Source: a virus. From it: a stretch of DNA of 64,000 nucleotides. Shown here piece after piece: positions 26,963 through 36,795 of this stretch. The notes under the pieces are model-generated. The model was not told the origin of the DNA. It saw only the letters and a program-made list of their open reading frames with translations, and made no database searches. The DNA lies in IMG/VR virus record IMGVR_UViG_3300020385_000008, positions 1 to 64,000 of that record; one strand, given 5' to 3'. How positions within the stretch are numbered: the first letter of the stretch is position 1; the number at the start of each line of letters is the position of its first letter. The position numbers were made by a program, and so were the translations under genes.

Positions 26963-28344
26963 TAGAAATTTAGTTTAGCGAACTTTTCTTTAAATGGTTT
27001 GGTGGTTCCGTCAGAGTGCTCATACTCTTCTTCACCTCCTCCCATAATATCATCTTGAGCTGATTGCTCGCAGTCATAAAGGCGCATCTTGGCGCGGTCA
27101 ATACCGACAACAAAACGCTTGTGGATGGTGGGATCATTGTATCTGTTCTTAAGTTGTTTTACCATAATTTGACCAAGACCTTCTAGCTCCTCTGTTGAGA
27201 TTAGTGCCACCATAAGGTCAGCAGTGGCTGGAAGCCCGAAAGACTCGGAAGTATCTGTGATATCCACATCACTGTTTCCATAGCCACTACGGGTCGTCTG
27301 GGTGGCGCTAACGATGGGTAGGTTGAACTCTACCGCTAGACCACGCAACTCCTCTGCAATGCTCTTGACGAGGGTGTAGGAGTTAGCATTAGCTCCTGCC
27401 TTGATACGGCTGGAAGCACAGATGTTTAGGTAGTCAATGAAGATAATCTCAGGGCGGAAGTTCTTCTTGAGTTGTAGCTCATTTAGAAGTGCCTTGAAGT
27501 GACCAGAGTGTGCCTGTGCTGTGGGGTATTCCTTGATAATAAGGGAACCTTGAACCTTTTTGGCTACCTTGGTCACCTTATCCTCAAACATTTTCTTGGA
27601 TAGGCTTGAAATATCTTGGATATTTACATTGAGTAGGTTGGCGTCAATACGTTCCGCAATCTTCTCCTCAGCCATCTCGGCAGTAATGTATAGAACATTC
27701 TTGCCCTGCATTAGAGAAGCAGCAGCCACGTGACACATAAACAGCGACTTACCAACACCAGTACCAGCCAGAGCAATGTTGAGTGACTTGTTAGTTAGAC
27801 CACCCTTGGTGATCTTATTAAGTAGCTCAATATCAAATGGGATCTTGTCTTCCTTACGAGTGTAGAAGTCAAAACGCTCAGAGGCATCTTCGATGTAGTC
27901 GTGACCAACATTACTATCAAAGGAGACCGCCAGAGCGCTTGAGAGGATGCCTGGGATAGCGTCTTCTGTCTTCTGCTTACTATCACCATTAGCAATGCCT
28001 ACAGACTCCATAAGGGCGTTGTAGATGGCTTGCTTCTTACACCACTTCTCCGTAGTATCTTGCATCCACTCATCAGTACCTGTTACATCATCAAAGGATG
28101 TGAGGATGGTACGAATGTTTTGAACTTCAGTTTCAGCTAGATTATTACGTGCCTCTACCTCGATTCCAAGTGCTTCTTTAGATGGGCGAGTGTTGTACTT
28201 GACCATGTATTGGGCAATCTCCTCAAAGAGGACTCGCTCTGATGAATCGTGGAAATAGTCAGGTTCAATAAATGGAATGACTTTGCGTGAGTAGCTTTCA
28301 TTGTATACTAGTGATCGTAAAATAAGGTTTTCAATTCTTTCCAT
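26962..28344 (-). CDS. gp41: Replicative helicase (gp41)
   Basis: AGTGVGKS, IDYL, SESFG, KNRY. Confidence 0.96.
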   Translation of the reverse strand: MERIENLILRSLVYNESYSRKVIPFIEPDYFHDSSERVLFEEIAQYMVKYNTRPSKEALGIEVEARNNLAETEVQNIRTILTSFDDVTGTDEWMQDTTEKWCKKQAIYNALMESVGIANGDSKQKTEDAIPGILSSALAVSFDSNVGHDYIEDASERFDFYTRKEDKIPFDIELLNKITKGGLTNKSLNIALAGTGVGKSLFMCHVAAASLMQGKNVLYITAEMAEEKIAERIDANLLNVNIQDISSLSKKMFEDKVTKVAKKVQGSLIIKEYPTAQAHSGHFKALLNELQLKKNFRPEIIFIDYLNICASSRIKAGANANSYTLVKSIAEELRGLAVEFNLPIVSATQTTRSGYGNSDVDITDTSESFGLPATADLMVALISTEELEGLGQIMVKQLKNRYNDPTIHKRFVVGIDRAKMRLYDCEQSAQDDIMGGGEEEYEHSDGTTKPFKEKFAKLNF

Positions 28345-28356
28345 TAAATGTCCTAA

Positions 28357-29364
28357 TTAGTTTCCGTATGAGAATGTTCCTTTAGCAATTACTTCTAGCT
28401 TTTCCATAACTTCTGGTGTGAAGTATTGCTCTGGATCTTTGAGAATGGTTTTAGCATAGGTCTTTTTGCCATCACCCATATCATAACGTCCTGCGACGTT
28501 TTTCCACATACCACCCTTTTCACCTAGCTCTAGAAGACCAAAGTACTTATCAAGTCCTCGCTCATCATAATACAAACGGACGCCTACGTCCATATTCTCT
28601 TTACTTAAACGCGACTTAGCAGTCTTTGCCTTGATAATGTTTCCAACAATCTCTGTTCCATCCTTCTCTTTCTTCTTTGAGAGATGAATGATAGTAGAAG
28701 CGGCATACTTAAGACCAGAGCCACCACCCATTTCCTTTGTAGGAACATAAGCACCGATAACGTCATATGTGTGGTTTGTTACTAGCATTGGAATCTTAGC
28801 CTGTCCTAGCTTCAAAGTCAACATACGGAATGCTCCTTTGATTAGCTGGGATTTAGTCATATCGCGGACTTGCTTATCGTCTAGCGCATCGTTGATCTCC
28901 TTATTAGTGGAGAGCATACCAAGGGAGTCTAGCACAAACATACAAGGCTTACGGTCTGCCTCAGGTGTCTTTAGATACATATCAACAATCTTAAGTGCCT
29001 TTGTGCGGAACTCTTCAATTGTTACGACATTGACAACAGCCAAACGGTTGAGGTCGATACCACGTGATGATAGAAGTGACTTATTGACTGCTGCTTCAGT
29101 ATCAAAATAAATGCAAGATGCATCGGGACTAGAATCCAAGAAGTTCTTGACCACGGCGAGTGAGAAAAAAGTCTTACCAGTAGAGCTTTCCCCAGCAATA
29201 GCAGTAATTTTGTCGCCAGAAACACCACCGTACAAAGACCCAGATACAAGAGCATTAAAGATGAATGAACCAGTGTCCACAAATGTCTCGGTTTCGTCAA
29301 TGTCTGACGCAATCTTAGAGTAGTCGCCACCAATCTCATTTACAATATCCTTTAGAAAATCCAT
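28357..29364 (-). CDS. uvsX: RecA-like recombinase
   Basis: AGESSTGKT, DTE, MGGGSG. Confidence 0.95.
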   Translation of the reverse strand: MDFLKDIVNEIGGDYSKIASDIDETETFVDTGSFIFNALVSGSLYGGVSGDKITAIAGESSTGKTFFSLAVVKNFLDSSPDASCIYFDTEAAVNKSLLSSRGIDLNRLAVVNVVTIEEFRTKALKIVDMYLKTPEADRKPCMFVLDSLGMLSTNKEINDALDDKQVRDMTKSQLIKGAFRMLTLKLGQAKIPMLVTNHTYDVIGAYVPTKEMGGGSGLKYAASTIIHLSKKKEKDGTEIVGNIIKAKTAKSRLSKENMDVGVRLYYDERGLDKYFGLLELGEKGGMWKNVAGRYDMGDGKKTYAKTILKDPEQYFTPEVMEKLEVIAKGTFSYGN

Positions 29365-29373
29365 AGTTGTTAA

Positions 29374-29604
29374 TTAAAAATCAAATTTGCCGAAGGGGTT
29401 TTCACCATCTCCGTTTTTACTTTTTAAGTTGTCTAGTGTATCCATAATACATTCACTAGACTCAATGCTCTCAACAGTAAAGAGAATCTTCGCAATGCTC
29501 TCGCAAACCATAGGGCGCTCATTTCTAGCAGCATATGCTAATGCGTTCCTTAATGCGGCTTTAGCGTCATCAAGGGAGTCAATTACTGTCTTAGACAGTG
29601 CCAT
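29374..29604 (-). CDS. Conserved hypothetical protein
   Basis: LRNALAYAARNERP. Confidence 0.65.
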   Translation of the reverse strand: MALSKTVIDSLDDAKAALRNALAYAARNERPMVCESIAKILFTVESIESSECIMDTLDNLKSKNGDGENPFGKFDF

Positions 29605-29779
29605 TGGATTTCCTCCTTATTTCGTATAGGTATTCTAGCACATCAACACGAATATTGATCAATTCGTCTAGACATTTCTGATCCCTAGCTTGAGACCTCA
29701 GATCCTCATCAATCTTAATGACTGATTCAATAAAAAGGTCCAATGCTAGTAATTCTGTATCATTCATATTATTATCCAA
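29591..29779 (-). CDS. Hypothetical protein
   Basis: ORF track. Confidence 0.55.
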   Translation of the reverse strand: MDNNMNDTELLALDLFIESVIKIDEDLRSQARDQKCLDELINIRVDVLEYLYEIRRKSNGTV

Positions 29780-32372
29780 AAAACGATTCTAGTGTAACTG
29801 TTTTCTCGGAATGCCAACCAATAGAATCAAGAATGATTTTTAGTGGCTCCAAGAAACTTTTGTTGAACTGTAAGTCATAATCAATGTACCGCTCTAGATT
29901 TAGCTCCTTAGGGAAGTCTGAAATGAATGAAATAACATTCTCTCCAATCTTATTAGGAACCTTTAAGTAGCAGAACTTGATCTTCTCCCCATTATTAATC
30001 AATGAGTACTTCTTATCTAGCCCATTCTTTTTTATGTAGTGATTGAATAGAAGTGCTCCGCGACAATGGATGGGAGTTCCCTTAGCATAAATGCTGACTG
30101 GGGACTTATATTTAACAACATCACTAACAGATCTAGGGAATGAAATCTGTTCTGGTGGAAGCATCTTAAACTGAAGTCTACAACTATCAATGTAGTCAAT
30201 AACTTCGTCCTCAGTGCCCACCATAACAAGCTTGAGTGCCTCTTTAATCATTGACCTACACGGAGCAGGGGTGGATGATTTGACTGCCTCAATGCCCATC
30301 ATTTTGAGCTTAGGTTGAGCATAACGCACACCCTCACTATCCCATACATTCAGAATGTAACGCTTCTTAGCGGTCCAAATACCACGGTCTGCGATATTCT
30401 CCCTCTTCATCTGCATCTTCTGGTCATACGCATTCACATAATGAGCAAGCTCTTGATATGAATTATCAATAAAGGGCTCAATCTTAGCTTGACAGAAGCC
30501 ATCTAGTGCGTTAACAATCTTCTCTTTAGATACATCCTTATCACCAAACACCTTATCAACAACAGGTCCCATATGTAAGTAGATTGAATCAGTGTCTGAC
30601 GCAATAACATAGTCAACCTTGTCTGTACCTAGTGTCTTATTCATATACCCATTGAGCTTATTCTCAATCCAGCGAATAGAAGTCTGACCAGATAAGGTGA
30701 TAGCCTCAGCATTTGCTAGTTTGAAATACCTGAAGTATTGATTACCAATAGCACCATAAGCACTGTTAAGAGAAATCTTCTTCGCCATTTGAATGTTGTT
30801 ACAGCGGGAGATCTCCTTTTCAAGTGCTTTAGAAGGCTTCGTCTCATTGAGCTGCTTGGCTGCGAGCATTCTCTTCTTAAAGATAACTCGTTCTGCATAC
30901 ATCTTCTCCATTAGTTCGGGCAACATTCCCTTAACACGACGGTAGATAGCGCCGTTAGCAGTCATAGTCCAGTCAAGAACCTTCAATGGAGATAAGTCTA
31001 GCTCCATATCCAAGACCTTATAGACATTAATCTTGCCCGATAGCTGCCTGATTTCAATCATAGCTTCTAGCTTCTCTTGATCATATGACGGGTCATTCTG
31101 TGCATTATGAATCATAATGTTTAGATCATCCATAGTAATAAGCGTCTCTGGGGAGATTGCATACTGCATAATCAAGTGAGGATATAGTGAGTTAAGGTCA
31201 AAGCTCACAACGTAATCATACTTACCTGGCTTAGGTTCCTTAACATATGCTCCAGCATACTTTGAGTCCTTATCAACTTTTACTTTTGGTGGGATGACGA
31301 CCTTCTTATCACGAAGATAATTGTAGATAATAGTATCCCACATACGCACTTGATAAAATACGTCACGGAAGTTTACCTTAGCGTCAAAAGCCATAGTAAG
31401 AGCAAGGTCAATAAGTTTCATCTTATCTTCCAAGCGGTCAACTAATTCCACGTCAATGATGTTGTATTCAACAAACTTCTGCCAACCTTGGCGATAGAAA
31501 TCTTTGAAGGTTTCAAACTCACTGTGATCTAACTTCTTCTGCCCAAGCTCTACATCAGCAATATGATCTAGACGATAGCTTTCCTGATTAGAATATGTGA
31601 ACTTTTTATATAGATTGAGATAGTCAAGTTGAGTAACGCCAGCAATATCAAAGTAGATTTTCTCCTGACCTTTGATAAAGTGCTTCTCTTCGGATACTAG
31701 CTTCCACGGTGACAACGTTTTCATTGTCTTGGAACCTAACAGACGCTCAATGCGGTTACAGAGATATGGAATATCATAATATTCCAAGTTCCATCCAGTA
31801 ACAACGTCTGGGGTATCCTTTGTCCACCAAGCTAGGAATGAATTGAGTAGATGATGCTCATCATAGCAGGGGCGAAAGTCAACATTCTCCTGCTTATTGG
31901 TGAAGTCGCCGTGCTTAGTTTGACCCCAAGTAATAATCTTCTTGGTATTATAGTCCTGAACTGTGATTAACAGTACTTCCTCGGCAGCATTCTCTGGGTC
32001 TGGGAAACCCATTTCAGTCTCAACCTCAATATCAACAGTGACCATCTTCATCAATGATGTATCAAATTTGATATCACCAGGATAGTTTTCAGCTAAAAAT
32101 TGAAAGATGAAGCGCTCATTCCCATAGACATTGAAGTTTTCAACTTCATCATACCTCTTGATAAACTCACGACACTCCTTAATTGTTCCAGGTTTTATTG
32201 GCTCTACATTCTCACCATCAAGTGTCTTCCAGTCACTATCTTTCTTGGAAGACACAAACAATGTAGGTGAAAAGTTTTTCCTTACATTAAAACGCTCACC
32301 ATTCTCATATCCCCTGAAGAGGATAGAGTTTCCATACATCTGGACGTTTGTGTAGAACTTATTCTTAGACAT
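29772..32372 (-). CDS. gp43: Family B DNA polymerase (gp43)
   Basis: DIE exonuclease, DLNSLYP, KISLNSAYG, SDTDS. Confidence 0.97.
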   Translation of the reverse strand: MSKNKFYTNVQMYGNSILFRGYENGERFNVRKNFSPTLFVSSKKDSDWKTLDGENVEPIKPGTIKECREFIKRYDEVENFNVYGNERFIFQFLAENYPGDIKFDTSLMKMVTVDIEVETEMGFPDPENAAEEVLLITVQDYNTKKIITWGQTKHGDFTNKQENVDFRPCYDEHHLLNSFLAWWTKDTPDVVTGWNLEYYDIPYLCNRIERLLGSKTMKTLSPWKLVSEEKHFIKGQEKIYFDIAGVTQLDYLNLYKKFTYSNQESYRLDHIADVELGQKKLDHSEFETFKDFYRQGWQKFVEYNIIDVELVDRLEDKMKLIDLALTMAFDAKVNFRDVFYQVRMWDTIIYNYLRDKKVVIPPKVKVDKDSKYAGAYVKEPKPGKYDYVVSFDLNSLYPHLIMQYAISPETLITMDDLNIMIHNAQNDPSYDQEKLEAMIEIRQLSGKINVYKVLDMELDLSPLKVLDWTMTANGAIYRRVKGMLPELMEKMYAERVIFKKRMLAAKQLNETKPSKALEKEISRCNNIQMAKKISLNSAYGAIGNQYFRYFKLANAEAITLSGQTSIRWIENKLNGYMNKTLGTDKVDYVIASDTDSIYLHMGPVVDKVFGDKDVSKEKIVNALDGFCQAKIEPFIDNSYQELAHYVNAYDQKMQMKRENIADRGIWTAKKRYILNVWDSEGVRYAQPKLKMMGIEAVKSSTPAPCRSMIKEALKLVMVGTEDEVIDYIDSCRLQFKMLPPEQISFPRSVSDVVKYKSPVSIYAKGTPIHCRGALLFNHYIKKNGLDKKYSLINNGEKIKFCYLKVPNKIGENVISFISDFPKELNLERYIDYDLQFNKSFLEPLKIILDSIGWHSEKTVTLESFFG

Positions 32373-32659
32373 TAATCACCAATAGTAACGAGGTATTCTG
32401 CGAGTAGTTTATTATCTGGAGTTGCTACGAAAAAAACATCATCTGATCGGATGAAAAACTTAGTCTCGGAAGTCAACCTCCTTGATGGATATCTTACCAT
32501 ACATTTGTCTAGATCAGCATTCTCATCATAGGAAACTGGGTCAATCAGGTAATGGTCTGGATCTCCCAGAATTACATTTTCGGGAGGAATTTCTATAAGC
32601 TTACCAACTAAAACTCTATTGTTTTTTAGTATTAATACTTTTACTGTGGTTTCATCCAT
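32372..32659 (-). CDS. Hypothetical, Sm-like beta-barrel candidate
   Basis: Start MDETTVKVLILK. Confidence 0.55.
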   Translation of the reverse strand: MDETTVKVLILKNNRVLVGKLIEIPPENVILGDPDHYLIDPVSYDENADLDKCMVRYPSRRLTSETKFFIRSDDVFFVATPDNKLLAEYLVTIGD

Positions 32660-33059
32660 TTTTATTTCCTTTATAAGATTCAACTAATGTATCCAGTGGT
32701 TTTGAAACAACAACAACAACGGATTTTAGGATGGTGAATTTTCTCTCCTTGGACAATGGCATCCAAACATCATATGCAATAGAACTAGTAAACACACCAT
32801 CAGTCATAGATGAAGATTGAATACTCGCTAATAGTGGCTGCTCAAGTATGTAAGAATCATTACCAATATTTTCTGTATATTGACTAACAATAGTTGTTCC
32901 ATCCATTAACAGAAATAGTCCAATCGGTTTCTCTACAGGAGAATGAAAATCATAAGTTTCTTCTGTAACTAATGATTTTTTATCTTTATTAAAAGAAGTC
33001 ATAGTATATCTTGGCGTACTTTCATCATCTGGGGTGGCTCTGTCATAATCGTTATTCAT
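32652..33059 (-). CDS. Hypothetical, Sm-like candidate
   Basis: LLMDG..IVS...WMPLS. Confidence 0.55.
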   Translation of the reverse strand: MNNDYDRATPDDESTPRYTMTSFNKDKKSLVTEETYDFHSPVEKPIGLFLLMDGTTIVSQYTENIGNDSYILEQPLLASIQSSSMTDGVFTSSIAYDVWMPLSKERKFTILKSVVVVVSKPLDTLVESYKGNKNG

Positions 33060-33089
33060 AAAATTCTGTGGCTCATAGCATTATAGCAC

Positions 33090-33132
33090 ATAAAAAAGGG
33101 GGCTGCCCTGCTTTTTGACAGGACCCCCCAGT
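33090..33132 (-). terminator. Rho-independent terminator with bulged stem
   Basis: GGGGGT-CCTG..CAGG-GCAGCCCCC-TTTTTT. Confidence 0.7.
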
Positions 33133-33153
33133 TGTGGCGACGATATACTTTAT

Positions 33154-33330
33154 TTAGCCTTCTCTACCACCATCACTTGAGCTATAAGCACAAACTTTTT
33201 TATTTGGTGCCATCTTATAGTCAACAGTCTTGCCGAAGCAATGAACTTTAGGCTTATATGCCTTTCCAGGTGGAGTTAACTTCCTATTAACTTTAGAAGC
33301 TTCTTCTAGAAATTGACTAAATGTTTTCAT
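33154..33330 (-). CDS. Small protein with T4-type capsid-targeting N-terminus (58 aa)
   Basis: Translated by hand, MKTFSQFLEEA...; TAAATA late box at 33352-33357. Confidence 0.65.
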   Translation of the reverse strand: MKTFSQFLEEASKVNRKLTPPGKAYKPKVHCFGKTVDYKMAPNKKVCAYSSSDGGREG

Positions 33331-33359
33331 GTCATTAGCTGCCTATGAATATATTTAGC

Positions 33360-33785
33360 TCATAGCCAGTCTTTACGCTTTTGATGTTCTGGGATTACTC
33401 TTTGTAACTCAATACTCAATACACCATCAGAATAATCTACATCTTCAATAACAACATCATCAGAAATAGTCCATACTCTAGTGAAGTCCCTTGCTGCTAC
33501 TCCTTTATGGATAAACTCAATGGCTTCATCATCACGGGTACTATGACCCTCAACAAATAGTTTGTTGTTTTCACTGTAAACTTTTACTTCGTCTTTTTTG
33601 AAACCAGCCAGAGCAACCTCCAACTTGAATCTCACATTACTCATCTTAATTAAATTGTAAGGTGGATAGTTTTCCTTACTTTCGTGAACGGCACCCATTC
33701 GGTGAAACCATTCATCCATTCCAATAGAATGTCTTTCAATATCCTTGACGAACTTATCTAAGTCGCCAGCTCCGTACATCTTCAT
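33360..33785 (-). CDS. hsp20: Small heat-shock protein
   Basis: NYPPYN, EVALAGF, DGVLSI; SD GAGGAG; TATAAATA upstream. Confidence 0.93.
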   Translation of the reverse strand: MKMYGAGDLDKFVKDIERHSIGMDEWFHRMGAVHESKENYPPYNLIKMSNVRFKLEVALAGFKKDEVKVYSENNKLFVEGHSTRDDEAIEFIHKGVAARDFTRVWTISDDVVIEDVDYSDGVLSIELQRVIPEHQKRKDWL

Positions 33786-33858
33786 TTGTTCTCCTCGTAA
33801 GCGAGATGTTGTGTGTGGACCCCGAAGGCATCCACCACTATTTATAATCCAAGGCATC

Positions 33859-33888
33859 AAAAAGGGGGAACGGAAAACCGACCCCCTT
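33859..33888 (-). terminator. Rho-independent terminator
   Basis: AGGGGG...CCCCCTTTT. Confidence 0.6.
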
Positions 33889-34018
33889 ACAAATACTATA
33901 GCTAATAATATATAATGTAGTTATTACACTCTTACACTTAACACTTGAGCCTTGACTCCAAACTATTTATAAGGGTAATATAAAATTTGTTACATTGCTA
34001 CACTTAATAATCTTGAAA

Positions 34019-34441
34019 TCAAGATTTTCTGCCGCCAATATTATACTTGGGTTCCAACACCCATTCACCCTTCTCCTTATATGAAAGAACCTTAATTTGG
34101 TTCAAAGGAGCAATATCAATAATTTGATCCTCATTAGCAATGGTAACAAGATTCCAATCAACTAGAAGCTTAGTAATACGATTTCGACGCTGAAGGTCAT
34201 TGAGTGTGATATTGGTATGCTTACCGTCAAGAGCAAAAAGCTCCTTAAAGTGAACAATAAAATACCTTCCCTGCTTGTGGAGGATATGACAAGACTGGTA
34301 GATTTTTTTCTCTCTACGAGAAGCTACACCAATACGAGTAAGTGTCTCTCTCACTTTCAAAAAATCATCGGGCTCGGATAGAAAAATTTCTACCATCTGG
34401 GAAGGCTCCCAGTAAACTAAGCCCCTCTCGTCTGCTTGCAT
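34019..34441 (-). CDS. regA: Translational repressor RegA
   Basis: DFLKVRETLTRIG, SCHILHKQG, VHFKEL. Confidence 0.95.
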   Translation of the reverse strand: MQADERGLVYWEPSQMVEIFLSEPDDFLKVRETLTRIGVASRREKKIYQSCHILHKQGRYFIVHFKELFALDGKHTNITLNDLQRRNRITKLLVDWNLVTIANEDQIIDIAPLNQIKVLSYKEKGEWVLEPKYNIGGRKS

Positions 34442-34827
34442 GGATTTAATCCCCCTGTGTTAAGTTTTCGATAGATGTAATCAAGTTGCTCATTAGATAA
34501 AATATTCAAAGCTTGTTCTGCCTTTTCGGAGGAGAATCCGTAGTACTGACGTACCGCTTCAATGTTCTTTATACTATCTTTCCTCAACCAGGGAGAGAAT
34601 CTTTTCCTCTTCCTCAAACTATTTATAAGAAAATCATATTGAAGGCGCTTATCTAAGTTAGGAAACTTATTCATCTCATTAGATTGCATGAGAGAATCCA
34701 TTTGACCAGACAGGCATTTGTTAATAATAAAGGGGGGATACTCTTTCTCAACACCAGGATCTTCATCCATAAGATTCTCCTTGGAGATGTTAATACTGTT
34801 CAGCCAATCTTTAAGGTCGATAGTCAT
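34417..34827 (-). CDS. gp62: Clamp loader small subunit (gp62)
   Basis: YPPFIIN, RKRKRFSPW, YYG.S.EKA; synteny. Confidence 0.92.
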   Translation of the reverse strand: MTIDLKDWLNSINISKENLMDEDPGVEKEYPPFIINKCLSGQMDSLMQSNEMNKFPNLDKRLQYDFLINSLRKRKRFSPWLRKDSIKNIEAVRQYYGFSSEKAEQALNILSNEQLDYIYRKLNTGGLNPCKQTRGA

Positions 34828-34829
34828 AA

Positions 34830-35279
34830 TTAGTGTCCTCCATATTTAAGATCCCTTTCAGTGGGAAACCCAGCAAATTTAATCTTGTACTCATTAGTTT
34901 CAGAAATAATCGAAACATCGTACAAGAATAGTTTTTCATACTTTTCTCTATAACGAGGTATCCCCTCTATCAATTCCTCAAAGTTTTTATATATCGTGGA
35001 TCTTGATACAATTGGATACTTTTCTTGTCTTTTCTCACAGAAATACAAATTGTTAGGAGAGCACATAAATTTATCAAATAATGATCCTATTTGAATTAAT
35101 CTATCTTTAGAAGTTTCCTTTTCAACTTGAACAACATCCCCATTTTTTATGGGCTGTCGATTCCAATCTTCATCAATATACCCACAGGTGTATCGATCAT
35201 ACCACAGTTCAAATGACCACAAATTCTTACCATCATTATTAGGTGGACCATAAAGATGTTGTTGAGTTGAATTGGTCAT
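34830..35279 (-). CDS. Hypothetical protein
   Basis: ORF track. Confidence 0.55.
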   Translation of the reverse strand: MTNSTQQHLYGPPNNDGKNLWSFELWYDRYTCGYIDEDWNRQPIKNGDVVQVEKETSKDRLIQIGSLFDKFMCSPNNLYFCEKRQEKYPIVSRSTIYKNFEELIEGIPRYREKYEKLFLYDVSIISETNEYKIKFAGFPTERDLKYGGH

Positions 35280-35282
35280 GTA

Positions 35283-35576
35283 TCACTTGATAATTTTACC
35301 TGCGTTTGATGGTTTGATAATGGGAGAGAAGATGTCATTATAGTTACGAACTACATCTTCATTGGGGTCTGTAACATATACAACGTAGTTGGCTCTAATG
35401 CGGAGCTCTTTTACATCGGGGGAGATTACTGGGGACCAAGGTGCGAAACCAACAGTACCATCTCGTCCTGGGACTAACACAATGGGATTGTTTATGATCA
35501 ATTCTTCAGCCTGCTCTTTGATTAGATCAGCAATAACATCCTCACCAGAATGCATACGGATAAGTTTTACGTTCAT
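35283..35576 (-). CDS. Sm-like hypothetical protein
   Basis: KLIRMHSGEDVIA..FAPW. Confidence 0.65.
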   Translation of the reverse strand: MNVKLIRMHSGEDVIADLIKEQAEELIINNPIVLVPGRDGTVGFAPWSPVISPDVKELRIRANYVVYVTDPNEDVVRNYNDIFSPIIKPSNAGKIIK

Positions 35577-35578
35577 AA

Positions 35579-35827
35579 TTAAATAAGTCCTTTTTCTTTT
35601 AGATAGTGTAATGTTTCTTTTAGTCCGCCAATGTGCTGGTAGCCAACGGCAACCTGGGGGAACTCGGCAGTATCACCAAACTCGGATCGGAATTGACGCT
35701 CATTGAAATCTTCGTCTAGTTGATATTCTAGGAACTCACCATTAAGGCTGATGAGTAGATCACGGCAACGGTCGGATTCTTGTCCGCCGTTGGTATATAA
35801 AACAATTGTATTACTTGGAAAATTCAT
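35579..35827 (-). CDS. Glutaredoxin-fold protein lacking CxxC
   Basis: FPQV...HIGG motif; active-site region reads GGQESDRC. Confidence 0.7.
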   Translation of the reverse strand: MNFPSNTIVLYTNGGQESDRCRDLLISLNGEFLEYQLDEDFNERQFRSEFGDTAEFPQVAVGYQHIGGLKETLHYLKEKGLI

Positions 35828-36774
35828 TGGAAGTCACATTCAATCATAATTTCAGTTAGGGCAGCTAGGAGGTTAATCTCCTGGTCAGCAACAAAGCTAC
35901 TTTGATATTGATATTTCGCAATAATAAGAACAGCAGCAGCTATAGATGGTCCTTGAAGGTGGGAATACAAAGCATCATATACTTTACGGAGAATGGCATT
36001 TGTATCGTTGTCTAGGTTAGAAACAACCCACTTACGGACTTCAGTAAAGTTACTTGACTTTAGGTCACGCATAAGATCCTCAACCTTGATCTCGGAGAAT
36101 GAAGCGAGAATACCAGAGTCAATCTTACCGCCAGAAGAATAACGCTGAACCTCATTGAGGACACGACGGAAGTCTGGGAAGTGCTTTTGGACTAGCTCGG
36201 CTAGAACTTTAGGCTCTGCTTCAATACGTTCCTGCTCTAAGATGCCTGTAAGGCGCTTGAAGAAGGATGCTGCTACCTGCTGCTTGTCTTTACCCTTGAG
36301 GCTAAACTCAACGACAGCACAGCGGCTGTGGAGGGGCTCAATGATCTTGTTCTTGTAGTTACAAGTAAAGATGAAACGGCAGTTCTTATAGAACGCTTCC
36401 ATATTTGCTCGGAGAAGAAGCTGAACATCGTTGCCAGTATTGTCTGCCTCATCGATGATGATGACCTTATGCTTGGCTTCACTAGTCAAAGACATAGTAG
36501 AAGCAAAGTTCTTTGCCTGATTACGGACAGTATCAAGGAAACGACCTTCATCAGATCCATTGATCACATAATAGTCAGCACCAATCTCATTGCATAGAGC
36601 TTTTGCAATAGTAGTCTTACCCACACCAGGAGGACCTGCGAGTAGTAGGTTAGGGATTTCACCCTTCTCCACAAACTCTTTAAAGGTTGCCTTGATGTGA
36701 TCGGGTAAGATACAGTCGTCAATTTTCTGTGGGCGATATTTTTCTGTGAATAGAAAGTCGGTGCGCTCACTCAT
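35824..36774 (-). CDS. gp44: Clamp loader large subunit (gp44)
   Basis: EKYRP, GPPGVGKT, IDEAD, SRC. Confidence 0.96.
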   Translation of the reverse strand: MSERTDFLFTEKYRPQKIDDCILPDHIKATFKEFVEKGEIPNLLLAGPPGVGKTTIAKALCNEIGADYYVINGSDEGRFLDTVRNQAKNFASTMSLTSEAKHKVIIIDEADNTGNDVQLLLRANMEAFYKNCRFIFTCNYKNKIIEPLHSRCAVVEFSLKGKDKQQVAASFFKRLTGILEQERIEAEPKVLAELVQKHFPDFRRVLNEVQRYSSGGKIDSGILASFSEIKVEDLMRDLKSSNFTEVRKWVVSNLDNDTNAILRKVYDALYSHLQGPSIAAAVLIIAKYQYQSSFVADQEINLLAALTEIMIECDFQ

Positions 36775-36795
36775 AATAAAAAGATAATAAAGTAA

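Noticed and set aside
29889-29891. Phage-wide CGG->Ala recoding implied by the Ala/CCG tRNA
   Set aside because: The two in-frame CGG codons I located (gp43 LE-R-YIDY at 29889-29891; gp47 AY-R-GKIV at 52068-52070) sit where a charged residue looks natural. This is not a full test; a Codetta-style analysis is needed.
33985-34003. Second NtcA site
   Set aside because: TGT-N9-ACA is one base short of the canonical spacing
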